DNA of 64,000 nucleotides from Spirochaetia bacterium (GTDB lineage Bacteria; Spirochaetota; Spirochaetia; DSM-2461), in assembly GCA_963668315.1 (NCBI GenBank), contig OY764216.1:4032001-4096000 (forward strand), read 5' to 3'. Both the position numbers and the translations under genes were made by a program. Every line of letters begins with the position of its first letter. Position 1 is the first letter of the stretch. The notes beneath the pieces were generated by a model. It was not told the DNA's origin and did no database searches. It was given only the letters and a program-made list of their open reading frames with translations. Shown here piece by piece: positions 1 to 14,500 of the stretch.

Positions 1-1350
1 GAAGATGTCAAAGAGAGAATACTGGAGTATCTGGCCGTCAGAAAACTCAAAAAGGACAGCAAAGGCTCTATTGTTCTTCTGGTCGGCCCTCCCGGAGTGG
101 GAAAGACATCCATAGGAAAGTCCATCGCCGATACGCTGAACCGGCCTTTTTTCCGGTTTTCCGTAGGGGGCATGCGGGATGAGGCTGAAATAAAGGGGCA
201 CAGGAGGACCTACATAGGGTCCATGCCCGGAAAGATTATCCAGGGGCTGAAGATCGTTAAATCCAAGGCTCCTGTCTTTATGATTGATGAAATCGACAAA
301 CTGGGTGCCAGCTACCAGGGAGACCCCTCGTCCGCCCTGCTGGAGGCCCTCGATCCCGAACAGAATGTGGAATTCCGTGACCACTACTTGGATATTCCCT
401 TTGATCTCAGCCATATACTTTTCATCTGTACAGCCAACAGCATGGATACCATTCCCCGGCCCCTTCTGGACAGAATGGAAGTTATCCGCCTCTCGGGCTA
501 TATAACCGATGAGAAAGTGGAGATAGCCAAACGCTATATCATCCCCAAATCTCTCAAAACCCACGGACTGGACAAGGACTCCATACGCTACCGGAAAACC
601 GCCCTCATTGCCATTGCCGACGGTTATGCCCGGGAAGCGGGAATGAGAAATTTCGAGAAATGCATCAACAGAATCAACAGAAAAGTGGCGAGAAAAGTGG
701 TGAGCGGACAGGAGGATCTTCCCCTGGTCATAACCAAGGAGAATATAGAGGAGTACCTCCAAAAACCCTTCTTTAGAGAGGGGGAAATTAAGAAGGCAGA
801 CAGAGCGGGAACCAGTCTTGGACTTGCCTGGACAAGCATGGGGGGAGATACCCTCATTATTGAATCTGTGGCCCTGCCGGGTAAGGGAGGTCTGAAAATG
901 ACCGGACAGATGGGCGATGTCATGAAGGAATCGGCCAGTATTGCCTATACCTACGCCAGAAAAATAGCCGATGACATGGGCGTGGATAAGGATTTCTTCG
1001 ATAATAACACGATCCATCTTCATATTCCCGAAGGAGCAACCCCCAAGGATGGTCCTTCGGCCGGCATAACCATGACCAGCGCTTTTCTCTCCCTGGCTCT
1101 CAACACCCGGATAAAACCGGCCACGGCCATGACGGGAGAATTAAGCCTGACCGGGCAGGTGCATCCCATAGGCGGCCTCAAGGAGAAAACGATTGCGGCC
1201 CGGAGAAATAAAGTCAAGGATATCATAATCCCCGAAGCGAATGAGCGTGATCTGGATGAAATCCCCGATCATATCAAGAAGGGGATAACCTTCCATCCCG
1301 TCTCCCGCTATGAAGAAGTAGTAAAAATACTGTTTTCCGGTATCGAATGA
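1..1350 (+). CDS. lon: ATP-dependent Lon protease (5' end outside window)
   Basis: Frame open from base 1 (EDVKERILEYLAVR...); Walker A GPPGVGKT, Walker B MIDEIDK, catalytic Ser in KDGPSAG, Lys in IGGLKEK. Confidence 0.97.
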   Translation, partial: EDVKERILEYLAVRKLKKDSKGSIVLLVGPPGVGKTSIGKSIADTLNRPFFRFSVGGMRDEAEIKGHRRTYIGSMPGKIIQGLKIVKSKAPVFMIDEIDKLGASYQGDPSSALLEALDPEQNVEFRDHYLDIPFDLSHILFICTANSMDTIPRPLLDRMEVIRLSGYITDEKVEIAKRYIIPKSLKTHGLDKDSIRYRKTALIAIADGYAREAGMRNFEKCINRINRKVARKVVSGQEDLPLVITKENIEEYLQKPFFREGEIKKADRAGTSLGLAWTSMGGDTLIIESVALPGKGGLKMTGQMGDVMKESASIAYTYARKIADDMGVDKDFFDNNTIHLHIPEGATPKDGPSAGITMTSAFLSLALNTRIKPATAMTGELSLTGQVHPIGGLKEKTIAARRNKVKDIIIPEANERDLDEIPDHIKKGITFHPVSRYEEVVKILFSGIE

Positions 1351-1967
1351 TTCTCTTCATACTGGACCTGGCAGGAACATTTATCTTCGCTCTGACCGGT
1401 GCTCTCAAAGCAGTGAGGCACCGGTTGGACTGGCTGGGGATTATGGTTCTGGCCTCAATTACAGGCGTGGGCGGCGGTGTTATGCGCGATGTGATTTTAG
1501 GCAGCACCCCGCCTGCCGCTTTTCATAATGAATGGTATCTCGTCTGTTCACTGGCGGCGGGATTTCTTACCATCATCTTCATACCCCTGATGCCTCTTCC
1601 CCGAACCCTGAAAGTAAAGCATATCATACCCATAGGGGATGCTCTGGGTCTGGGTGTGTTCACCTTCATAGGAGCGGCAAAGGGTATGAATGAGGGCTTG
1701 GGACCGGTGGGAATCTTATTCACGGGAGTCGTGACTTCCTGCGGCGGAGGAATAATACGGGATGTGCTGGTAAAAGAGATACCCGCCGTACTCAGAAGAG
1801 ATTTTTATGCCACGGCCAGTCTTCTTGGCAGCCTTCTCTTCTTCCTCCTCAAAACGCTGGATATACAAACCTGGTTTGTGCCGGTAGTTGTCATTTTCTT
1901 TACCACGGCCCTGCGTTTGCTGGCCATGAAGACACACATGTCCCTGCCCGTACCTCAGCGTAAATAA
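1347..1967 (+). CDS. Trimeric intracellular cation channel / UPF0126 (YadS-like) membrane protein
   Basis: Two repeats with GGG-x-x-RD motifs (GVGGGVMRD, CGGGIIRD); hydrophobic; ATGA overlap with lon. Confidence 0.9.
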   Translation: MILFILDLAGTFIFALTGALKAVRHRLDWLGIMVLASITGVGGGVMRDVILGSTPPAAFHNEWYLVCSLAAGFLTIIFIPLMPLPRTLKVKHIIPIGDALGLGVFTFIGAAKGMNEGLGPVGILFTGVVTSCGGGIIRDVLVKEIPAVLRRDFYATASLLGSLLFFLLKTLDIQTWFVPVVVIFFTTALRLLAMKTHMSLPVPQRK

Positions 1968-2024
1968 TTCTTTTCCAGCTCTTATTTAAGACTTATAATA
2001 CCCTTTCCCGCTTACAAAAAAATA

Positions 2025-2054
2025 ATTGACCATAGACGCGGTCAATGATAAAAT
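2025..2054 (+). promoter_or_regulatory. sigma70 promoter (TTGACC-17-TAAAAT, extended -10) overlapped by inverted repeat ATTGACC-N8-GGTCAAT
   Basis: TTGACC 2026-2031, TAAAAT 2049-2054, TG 2046-2047; inverted-repeat arms 2025-2031 and 2040-2046. Confidence 0.55.
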
Positions 2055-2105
2055 CACTAACGGATAGTTTATTCCGGTAATTCTATCCTAAAGGAGAGAC
2101 TCATC

Positions 2106-2447
2106 TTGGAACTTAAGATAAGAAAAAATGAAAATATCTACATAGTGGATGTCAATGGTGAGATGGATCTATATAATTCGTATAAATTAAAAGAGTTGAT
2201 TATGAAAATGCTTGAGAAAAAAGTCACCCGCTTCATAATCAATTTGGATAACGTTGAATACATCGATTCCAGCGGTATCGGTGCATTGATTTATATTTGT
2301 TCCACAATTAAAAAAATGAATCTATTCCTTATGATTACGAATGTAAAAGGTTCAGTTAAAAAAGTTATAGAGTTAACGAAACTTATGGGTTATTTTCCCA
2401 TCAAGCCCTCTTTAAATGAAGCCATTAAAGAAATGAGAACACTATAA
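2106..2447 (+). CDS. STAS-domain anti-sigma factor antagonist
   Basis: YIDSSGIG phosphoacceptor motif; 113 aa; AAGGAG RBS before TTG start. Confidence 0.92.
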   Translation: MELKIRKNENIYIVDVNGEMDLYNSYKLKELIMKMLEKKVTRFIINLDNVEYIDSSGIGALIYICSTIKKMNLFLMITNVKGSVKKVIELTKLMGYFPIKPSLNEAIKEMRTL

Positions 2448-2459
2448 GGAGATATCATT

Positions 2460-3005
2460 TTGTCCGATTACACTGAAATTATAGTATCCGATGAACATCC
2501 TCTTCTGAACAGGGATAATATGTTTTATAAAGAATTTCCCAGCGATTACAGGCAGATACGATATTTTACCCTGCTCATCGTTCAGAAAGCACCGGCGGAA
2601 ATCAAGGAAATCAATCTGCTGGAACAGCAGATAAGTGAAATCATTAAAAACGCCGTAAAGCATGGTAATAAATGCGACATCAATAAGAAGATAAAGGTCT
2701 GGTTCTCCTTTTCCACGGAAGAGGCGCGTATTATCGTCGAAGATGAAGGAGATGGTTTTACGAAAATAAAGGAATGGAACGAATTTCATCGGAACAGACA
2801 GGACTGCCTCAGGGATGATGATTTTGAAAGACTGGCCGACTATGTTGCCTATACCACCGAAGAGAGTGATGATACGGATGGGGGAAACGCTCTTTTTGCC
2901 GCCGTGGAATACTGGAATGAAGGTGTCGTCTATACGGAAAAGGCCAATTGTATCGGAGTCGGCAGAATAGCCCGCAATAAAACTCAGGGACTGGAAATCT
3001 CCTGA
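2460..3005 (+). CDS. Anti-sigma factor / HATPase (RsbW-like) ATP-binding protein
   Basis: N-box EIIKNAVKHGN, G1 VEDEGDGF; directly follows STAS gene; AAGGAG RBS. Confidence 0.8.
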   Translation: MSDYTEIIVSDEHPLLNRDNMFYKEFPSDYRQIRYFTLLIVQKAPAEIKEINLLEQQISEIIKNAVKHGNKCDINKKIKVWFSFSTEEARIIVEDEGDGFTKIKEWNEFHRNRQDCLRDDDFERLADYVAYTTEESDDTDGGNALFAAVEYWNEGVVYTEKANCIGVGRIARNKTQGLEIS

Positions 3006-3449
3006 TCAGTCGTCCAGCTCAATATCAAAGAGGAGCCATTTTCCTTCGCTGAAGCTTAGGTAGATGGTTCCTTTTATTTTTTCCTCCCCATCGATTAACC
3101 TAAAATTGCTGACGATTTCTTTTTCCCCTTCCTTTTGAAGATGCAGACGTATTTTTAGATTTTCATGATAAGAATAGGTTTGGAAGTAATCATACTTGTG
3201 TTCGAGAACTTTCATTGATGTTCCTACACAGTAATCTTCACTGACACCGTTGTGAATATAATTGGAAATGATACCCTCCACGACCTTATTTTCATCCACG
3301 AAACCAATGGCGTCGTCTCTGGGGATGATAACATTATCGGCCAGTGAGAAAGCAAAATCTTCCATAGGCGAAAGATCATTACTCTGGCAAAAGAGCATGG
3401 ACGAAAAGAGGAGGGAGAAAATACAAGAAGCTAACCTATTCCAGCGCAT
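3006..3449 (-). CDS. Hypothetical exported protein
   Basis: 147 aa ORF with signal-peptide-like N-terminus; abuts the convergent gene. Confidence 0.65.
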   Translation of the reverse strand: MRWNRLASCIFSLLFSSMLFCQSNDLSPMEDFAFSLADNVIIPRDDAIGFVDENKVVEGIISNYIHNGVSEDYCVGTSMKVLEHKYDYFQTYSYHENLKIRLHLQKEGEKEIVSNFRLIDGEEKIKGTIYLSFSEGKWLLFDIELDD

Positions 3450-3571
3450 AGGCCATACTTTAACCCATTAAAGCATTTGGGACAAGCGAAACTGTAGGAT
3501 GCTGCCGTTTTATTTTTATAAGCTTTTCGGTTGCGTTAACCCGGACAGAAAATCCGTTATAACAAAAAAAA

Positions 3572-3684
3572 GCCTGGCGACGACCTACTCTCCCACGGGA
3601 ACCGCAGTACCATCGGCGCAATTGAGCTTGACTTCTGTGTTCGGTATGGGAACAGGTATAACCTCAACGCTATAATCACCAGAC
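3572..3684 (-). rRNA. rrf: 5S rRNA
   Basis: Reverse complement has 5S motifs (..CCCATACCGAACACAGAAGTCAAG..GATGGTACTG..GGGAGAGTAGGTCGTCGCCAGG); ends approximate. Confidence 0.95.
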
Positions 3685-3844
3685 AAATTAACATTGTTAT
3701 GGCGTACGAACGACCTAAGCCGATCCGTACTATTTCTGATAGAGCTTCCCAGACAAACATCATCTGAAAAAACTTAACTCTAATTTCTCATTTGAGCAGA
3801 ACTCAAAAGGGAAGTTACAGCTTCCATCAGGGATAAAGAATAAT

Positions 3845-6760
<2,916 letters not shown>

Positions 6761-6889
6761 ATTATCCTTTATCCCTTCTCTATCATCGCGATACCTACAA
6801 GTATTGAAACTGTACGCTTACCGGTATAACCCACACGGATTAGTAACCGAAAAACTTGGTATCTATCATCCTGCATATATCAGAATGTT

Positions 6890-6902
6890 TATTTAAAGAT
6901 CA
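6890..6902 (-). promoter_or_regulatory. boxA-like antitermination site in the rrn spacer (second copy in the leader at ~8908-8921)
   Basis: Minus strand TGATCTTTAAATA; leader copy TGTTCTTAGAAAAA. Confidence 0.55.
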
Positions 6903-6940
6903 AAAAATGAAACTGCCTTTTACAAAACAGTTTCCAAGCA

Positions 6941-7014
<74 letters not shown>

Positions 7015-7137
7015 TTATAGCGCTTCTTTTAAGATTAAGAGAAGCTTGAACAACGGGAACTTGTGCTGTTTCTGTCATGCCCAGTGTGTACAAATCACTG
7101 GGACTTTCGAATCAATTAAGATTCTGTACCTTTCTCG

Positions 7138-8680
<1,543 letters not shown>

Positions 8681-8991
8681 ATAATTAACTGTCCGAAGAC
8701 AGTTACTAATCAATAGTTAAGTAGATCCACAACTAGGAATAGTTGCTTCTCAAAACAAAACATCAAAACAATTTCTCGTCTTGCTGACTTTGTTCGCCAT
8801 TATATTAATAAATGGTCTTGGAATTGACAGAAACTATTTAAAAAACATTGCTATTCAAATTAAACAATACTCAAGTTCCCGTTATTCAAACTTCCCTTCT
8901 CTAAATCTTTTTCTAAGAACAAGTTGCCTTACCTCGCAAAGTACCGTGCCGCACCGCAGTGCTTCTGGACTTCCTCAGTGGCGCGAGCAGT

Positions 8992-9020
8992 AATTTACTA
9001 CAACCCGCTTTTTTTGTCAA
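8992..9020 (-). promoter_or_regulatory. rrn proximal promoter (P2)
   Basis: TTGACA (9020-9015), 17 bp, TAAATT (8997-8992); A/T-tract UP-like sequence upstream. Confidence 0.8.
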
Positions 9021-9142
9021 CCGGCTTTCAAAACTTTTTGAAAAAGTTTTTCAGGCCGATCGGCTCAGGGTTCCAGGCTTTTCGGCCTTTATCCTCGGCT
9101 CTGTGCGGTGAGTTTCGTTCACCCCGTCAGAGCGTGAGGAGG

Positions 9143-9171
9143 AATATACAGGTTCAGCAGAAAACTGTCAA
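9143..9171 (-). promoter_or_regulatory. rrn distal promoter (P1)
   Basis: TTGACA (9171-9166), 17 bp, TATATT (9148-9143); A/T-tract upstream at 9180-9206. Confidence 0.8.
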
Positions 9172-9416
9172 CAGCAATTCTGAAAAAACTTTGAAAAGTT
9201 GAAAAATGACCAGTTCAGGGGCGTTATGACCAGAGAGAAGGGGTATTTAAGAGCAAAAGGGGAATGATGGGGGCGGAACCCGGAGAAGAGGTTGACCGCG
9301 AAAGTCATGAAAAGCGCTGAGGAAATGAAGAAGTCGGGGATGAGCTCCCGGTCTTTCTCTTGTCAGCGGGATCTGCGGGGCCAGGTCGTCTTTCTGCTGA
9401 GATACGCTTTATGTGG

Positions 9417-9585
9417 TTAGGTTGTTTTCAATATAACGGCTTCTTTGGCGTTATTAGATTGTTTTCAATATAACGCCCTCCTTGTCGCTATTAGATCGTT
9501 TTCAATATAACGGCCTCTTTGGCGTTATTAGATCGTTTTCAATATAACGCCCTCCTCGCCGTTATTAGATCGTTTTCAATACAAC
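9417..9585. repeat. 37-bp tandem repeat, about 4.6 copies, alternating A/B variants
   Basis: Units start at 9417, 9454, 9491, 9528, 9565; consensus TTAGATCGTTTTCAATATAACG-(10 variable)-CGTTA. Confidence 0.93.
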
Positions 9586-9619
9586 CCGGCCAGTCACCCT
9601 AAACGCCGCTCCATGTCCG

Positions 9620-9740
9620 CCTTACGCGGGAGGGATGGGAGGGGAGCCGAAGGCTGACGGCGAAGCCGGCCGGAGCGGAAGCGGAGCCCCGGACAGCCCG
9701 ACCGGAGCGACGGAGGAGCGGAGGGGCCGCCCCGACAAGA
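9620..9740. repeat. GC-rich low-complexity REP/MITE-like intergenic element
   Basis: Dense CGGAGCG/GCGGAG/GCCG motifs, no convincing ORF; only one copy in this window. Confidence 0.4.
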
Positions 9741-9803
9741 TGCATGTGTAAAAGGATTTGACATATTCCTCTTTTCTGTCGATAAATATTAGGGGAAACG
9801 AAT

Positions 9804-10397
9804 GTGAAAGAAGATGACGCAAGGAAACTCGCCAATCTGGGCAGGATGCAGGATAAACTCAACCGTATAATAAAGGGGATCGAGGATCTCAGAGCCGGGT
9901 CTGTTCCGGCGGATTTATCGGACAGACTGCGGCAGATCGAGATGGACGCCATTGCCGCGAAGAAGTTTTCTTCGGCCCTCGGCCCCCTGAAGGACGGGGT
10001 AAATTCGTCCCTACCTGCCGCCGATTCGGAAAAGCAAACGATTATGGTGGTGGACGATGAGGAGATGGTTCTGCAGGTGACCTGTATTATCATTTCCAAA
10101 ATGGGCCTGCGCCCCCTGGCGTTTAAAAGCAGCAGCAAGGCTCTGGATTACTACAGGGATCATCATAGGACGGTCAGCCTGGTCCTCCTGGATATGATAA
10201 TGCCCGAAATGAACGGGAAGGAGCTGTTTCTTTCCATGAAGGAAATCAATCCTTCGGTCAAGGCCATTCTCCTCTCCGGCTGGATAGACAAGGATGAAAA
10301 CGAGAATATCAATGATATCGGTCTAGTCGATTTTCTGCATAAGCCGATTGAGAAGGCCGTGCTGGAAAGCAATATTCTTCAAGCCCTGAGAAACTGA
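9804..10397 (+). CDS. Response regulator (C-terminal receiver domain, helical N-terminal extension)
   Basis: VVDDEE, LLDMIMPEMNG, LLSG, FLHKP receiver motifs. Confidence 0.85.
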   Translation: MKEDDARKLANLGRMQDKLNRIIKGIEDLRAGSVPADLSDRLRQIEMDAIAAKKFSSALGPLKDGVNSSLPAADSEKQTIMVVDDEEMVLQVTCIIISKMGLRPLAFKSSSKALDYYRDHHRTVSLVLLDMIMPEMNGKELFLSMKEINPSVKAILLSGWIDKDENENINDIGLVDFLHKPIEKAVLESNILQALRN

Positions 10398-10405
10398 ACG
10401 CCCCT

Positions 10406-11521
10406 TCAGGCCAGGGCTTCCCACTGCTCTTCCGTATCCAGATGTTGTCGGGCAATGACGCGGATTTCCTCTTTTACACTGTTGAAACACTCGATGACCA
10501 TCGGATCGAACTGGCTGCCCGCCCCTTCGTTGATGATGTCCACCGATTTGGCATGGGAAAAGGCTTTTTTATAACACCGGGTGCTGATAAGGGCATCGTA
10601 GACATCGGCCACTGCCATAATCCGGGCGGAAAGGGGGATTTCATCCCGTTTCAGTCCCTGGGGATAACCGTTGCCGTCCCATCTTTCGTGATGGAAGAAG
10701 GCGATCTCCCGGGCATGCTTCAGAAAGGAGTTGGAACCCAGTTTTTTTTCGGCGCTCATTAATGCATCTCCCCCGTATATGGTATGAAGCTTCATCTGCT
10801 CGAATTCCCCTTCTGTCAGTTTTCCCGGCTTTAGGAGGATACTGTCGGGGATTCCGATTTTTCCCACATCGTGAAGGGGGGCCGATTTGCCCAGGATTTC
10901 GATGATTTCATCGCTGAGGGAATCCCGGTAGAGGGGATTCCGCGAGAGTTCCTTGGCGATGAGTACGACATGGTTTCTGGTACGCAGGATGTGGTTCCCC
11001 GTTTCATTGTCCCTCGTTTCCGCCAGGGAGGCTATGCACTGAATGGTGATGTCCTGAGTCTGGTTCAGCTCTTCTGAACGTTCCTGCACCAGCCGCTCAA
11101 GATGGTTCCTGTCGTCCTTGAGGAGGGAACGGGCTTCCTGCAGTTTGATCTGGTGCTCGATTCTGATGCGGCAGATCTCGGGGTTGACCGGTTTTCTTAT
11201 ATAGTCGCTGGCCCCCAGCTCCAGGCCGTACTGCTCATCGGAAACTTCGTTCATGCTGGTAATGAAGATAATGGGGATGTCCCGGGTCTCGGGACTTTTC
11301 TTAAGCTGACGGCAGACATCGTATCCGTCCATGCCGGACATGATGACATCCAGAAGAATGACGTGGGGTTTATACCGGGAATAGCACAGTTCCAGGGCTT
11401 TTTCCCCGCTCATGGCCATCATGACAATGTAATTATCCTTGAGGAATTCATTCAGGGCGAGAATATTGCTTCTGACATCGTCAACAACGAGTACCCGTTT
11501 TTTTTCTTCCAGTCTGTTCAT
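10406..11521 (-). CDS. Receiver + HD-GYP c-di-GMP phosphodiesterase (RpfG family)
   Basis: N-terminal REC domain; LHDVGK, HHERWDGNGYP, ADVYDAL. Confidence 0.93.
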   Translation of the reverse strand: MNRLEEKKRVLVVDDVRSNILALNEFLKDNYIVMMAMSGEKALELCYSRYKPHVILLDVIMSGMDGYDVCRQLKKSPETRDIPIIFITSMNEVSDEQYGLELGASDYIRKPVNPEICRIRIEHQIKLQEARSLLKDDRNHLERLVQERSEELNQTQDITIQCIASLAETRDNETGNHILRTRNHVVLIAKELSRNPLYRDSLSDEIIEILGKSAPLHDVGKIGIPDSILLKPGKLTEGEFEQMKLHTIYGGDALMSAEKKLGSNSFLKHAREIAFFHHERWDGNGYPQGLKRDEIPLSARIMAVADVYDALISTRCYKKAFSHAKSVDIINEGAGSQFDPMVIECFNSVKEEIRVIARQHLDTEEQWEALA

Positions 11522-11577
11522 AAATTACTAATTACAGATTAACGGATAACACTGATACTTGCAAACAAAAAAAAAGA

Positions 11578-14500
11578 TTAGTCCGTTTCTCCCGCCTTGA
11601 TGTCCCAATCGTCGTCGCTGTCCTTGACCACATCGATATTCAGGGTGGGAACCGGGTCCCATGTCAGGTAGAAGGAGAATTCCGATTCCCATTCATAGCG
11701 CTTCTCCACAAGGGTGGGAGAACCGGTATAATCGAGGACAAAATTCCAGTTTCCCAGGTAGTGGGTGAGATTCACCTTGAAGGAACTGAGATTGAAAAAG
11801 GAGTCGTATCTGTCCTGGGTGTTGAAGAAGTTGAACGATTTGCCCAGATCCTCGAAGAAATTGTATCGATCTTCTATCCCCAGGTCTTTCCTGTACCGGG
11901 GAAGATAGAGGTACATGTTCTCGTTGGAGGAGACCATGGCAAAGGAGAGATCCATGAACTCATGGACGGACAGGGTTGAGCCCAGGGAGAAATCCAGGAC
12001 GGAGTCATTTATTTTGATAAGATTCTGCGACCATCCCGTCTTGAGATTCAGTTCGGCGTCGACCCGGGATTTCCAGAATTTCGGCACATCCCAGTCCAGG
12101 GAGTAGGCGGCGCTGGCCGAGGAGAGCTGAAAGGACTGCTCCTCACTGACCCACTGATAGTTTACCCGGTCCCAGTCATATCCGTAGGTATAGTCCGCAT
12201 CGAGTATGAAGGTAAAACCGTACCCCTTGAGGGTGGCGGTATTGGCGGAGAAACGGGACTCCTCTATATCATAGGTCAGCGAATCGGAGAAGGTCAGATC
12301 GAGGGGGTCAAAATCCAGGGAGCCCTTGTACTGGAGTGGATCCGATTCCCAGTCCTCGTCGCCGCTCTTCTCGAGTCCATGGCTCAGGCTGTTGGAAAGG
12401 GGGCCCAGGGTCAGGCTGAGCGAACTGTCGAGGGAGGACGTTACATCCCGTCCATCGGTGTAGAGTGCCGTTTTATAGCGGCTGGAACCGGAAAAGTAGC
12501 TGACCGGCTTGAAGCTCAGATACCCCTCCAGGTCGCTCTGGCTTATTCCGTCCCCGTTGTCGGCCAGCCATAACTCATTGAAAACGGGAGAGCTTCCGTC
12601 CATGGTCTGATATGTCTTTTCAAAAAGGTCCAGTCCCAGGGTGTATTTAACATAGCTACCCTTCAGGGAGTAGTAGGAGAAGGGAGACCCCTTGAGGGTG
12701 GAGCTGTTGTTCCACTTGACCGACTCATAGGAGTACTGGTCTTTTCTTTCGCTGTCTGTCAGATCCACATTCTCTCCGGTCAGGGAAAGATATTTTCTCG
12801 CGCTGATGCTGAAGTTGTGGGCGTTGGAGAGGGAGAGACGCTCATCGAAGAAATCCAGGTCGAGGGAGAGGGAGTCCTTGTTGGTCAGGGAGAACTTCCC
12901 CTTGTCCAGGAAAAAGGAGATATCCGAGGGAGTGGCGGCATCCTGGGAGGTGTCATCCAGGAAATTGTCAAAATCATTCAGCATGATGGCCGTAGTGGTG
13001 CTGCTCCATTTGAAGTTGCCCGAAAAACTGTTCTCTTCACTGAGGGATCGGGAGCCGAGGATTTCGGGGCTGAGATAGGCGGCACTGTTTCCGCCCTCCC
13101 CCTCATAGCTTCCTGCACCGTCCTCCCCTTCGGGAAAAAGCCATCTGGCCGTATCGGCCGCCTTCAGATTTACCTCCCCGTCGGACCCGCTTTTCCAGAT
13201 TGTTCCGGAGAGAGAGAGGGCCGTATCGGGCAGGGTGATGCTCTCGGGATAGAAGAATTTGATGGTGGGAGAATCTTCATCGTCATTCTCCACATCCTTG
13301 ATACTGGCCCATTCGAGGGAACTTTTGAAACGGGTGATATTGAAGCCTTCGAACCAGGGGTCGAGGGCTTCGGTGGCGATATTTTTCCGCCAGTTCAGGC
13401 TCCAGGTAAAGGAGCTGATGGTGGAACTGCTCGTGTCGGTATTATCTTCGCCGAGGTCGGACAGAACAAAATTCAGCGGATCAAAGTTCTCTACCCGGTT
13501 ATCGGTGAACTCCCCCATGAAATAGGGATCGGAATAGTACATGAGGCTCAGGCTGAAACTGCCGGCGGAATAACTGACCTCCGATCCCCAACGGAAGGGA
13601 AGCTCCAGGCCGCCGATGTAACTGCTGTTCCAGCGGGACTGGTAATTGTCCTCGCTGTAGAAGACGCTGTAGTTATTGCCGTCGTCTATACTCCTGGAAA
13701 CGGCGATTCCCGTAAAAAGGTCGACCGGCCGGGTCGATTTTCCCGGTGAGACCTCCCCCTCCAGGCCGATAAAACCTCCCAGACGGGAGTAATAGTCGGC
13801 CATAAATTTGAGATAGCCATCCTCTTCCTCCTCCTCCTTGTCGCCTTTGAAAAGGAAAAACCCCCGCCTTTCGAGCTCATAGATGGCGTCGCTGTTCAGA
13901 CCGGCCGAGAAGAAGGAGGTGTTCTCCGGATCTTTCTGACCGATAAGGTAGGTCGTGGTCTGTATCGTCGTTCCCTCCCGGTTCCGGAAACCGAGGGAAG
14001 GGTTGCAGAAGATCTCATTACCCGGTTTGTAGTAAAAGGGGAGATAGAGCAGAGGGATGCGTCCCAGGTAAAGGACGCCGTTAACCAGGCCCCACTCTTC
14101 CGGTCCGTTCAGCCAGATTTTTCCGGCCCTTATGCTGTACTCCGGGTCTTTCCACTTACCGCTGGTGATGGTGCCCTTCTCCATGACGGCCAGATCAAAT
14201 CCGGAAGAGCTGATCTCCTCTCCGGTGAAGTAGAATTCGATATCCTTGCCACCCACGCTGTCCGTCCGGCTGGATACGCCGTCGTAAATAACGCCCTGCC
14301 AGCCTTCGATGTGGAAGGTCATGCTCTCTCCGAGAAACCGTTCGGCCTCCCCTCCTCCCTCGGCACGGCTGTACTCCACATTCCCCAGGGCGGTCAGGGA
14401 GTCGTCGAGACGGGAAAAAACGATCTGGTCGGCGGTAATGGTATAGTCCCGGTCCTCCCCGTTGTCCTTTACGGTAATCTTGACTTTTCCCGTAAGGTGG

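Noticed and set aside
9417..9585. CRISPR array (repeat contains ATTGAAAAC on the minus strand)
   Set aside because: The variable parts are only 10 bp and resemble each other, and there are no cas genes in the window; treated as a tandem repeat.
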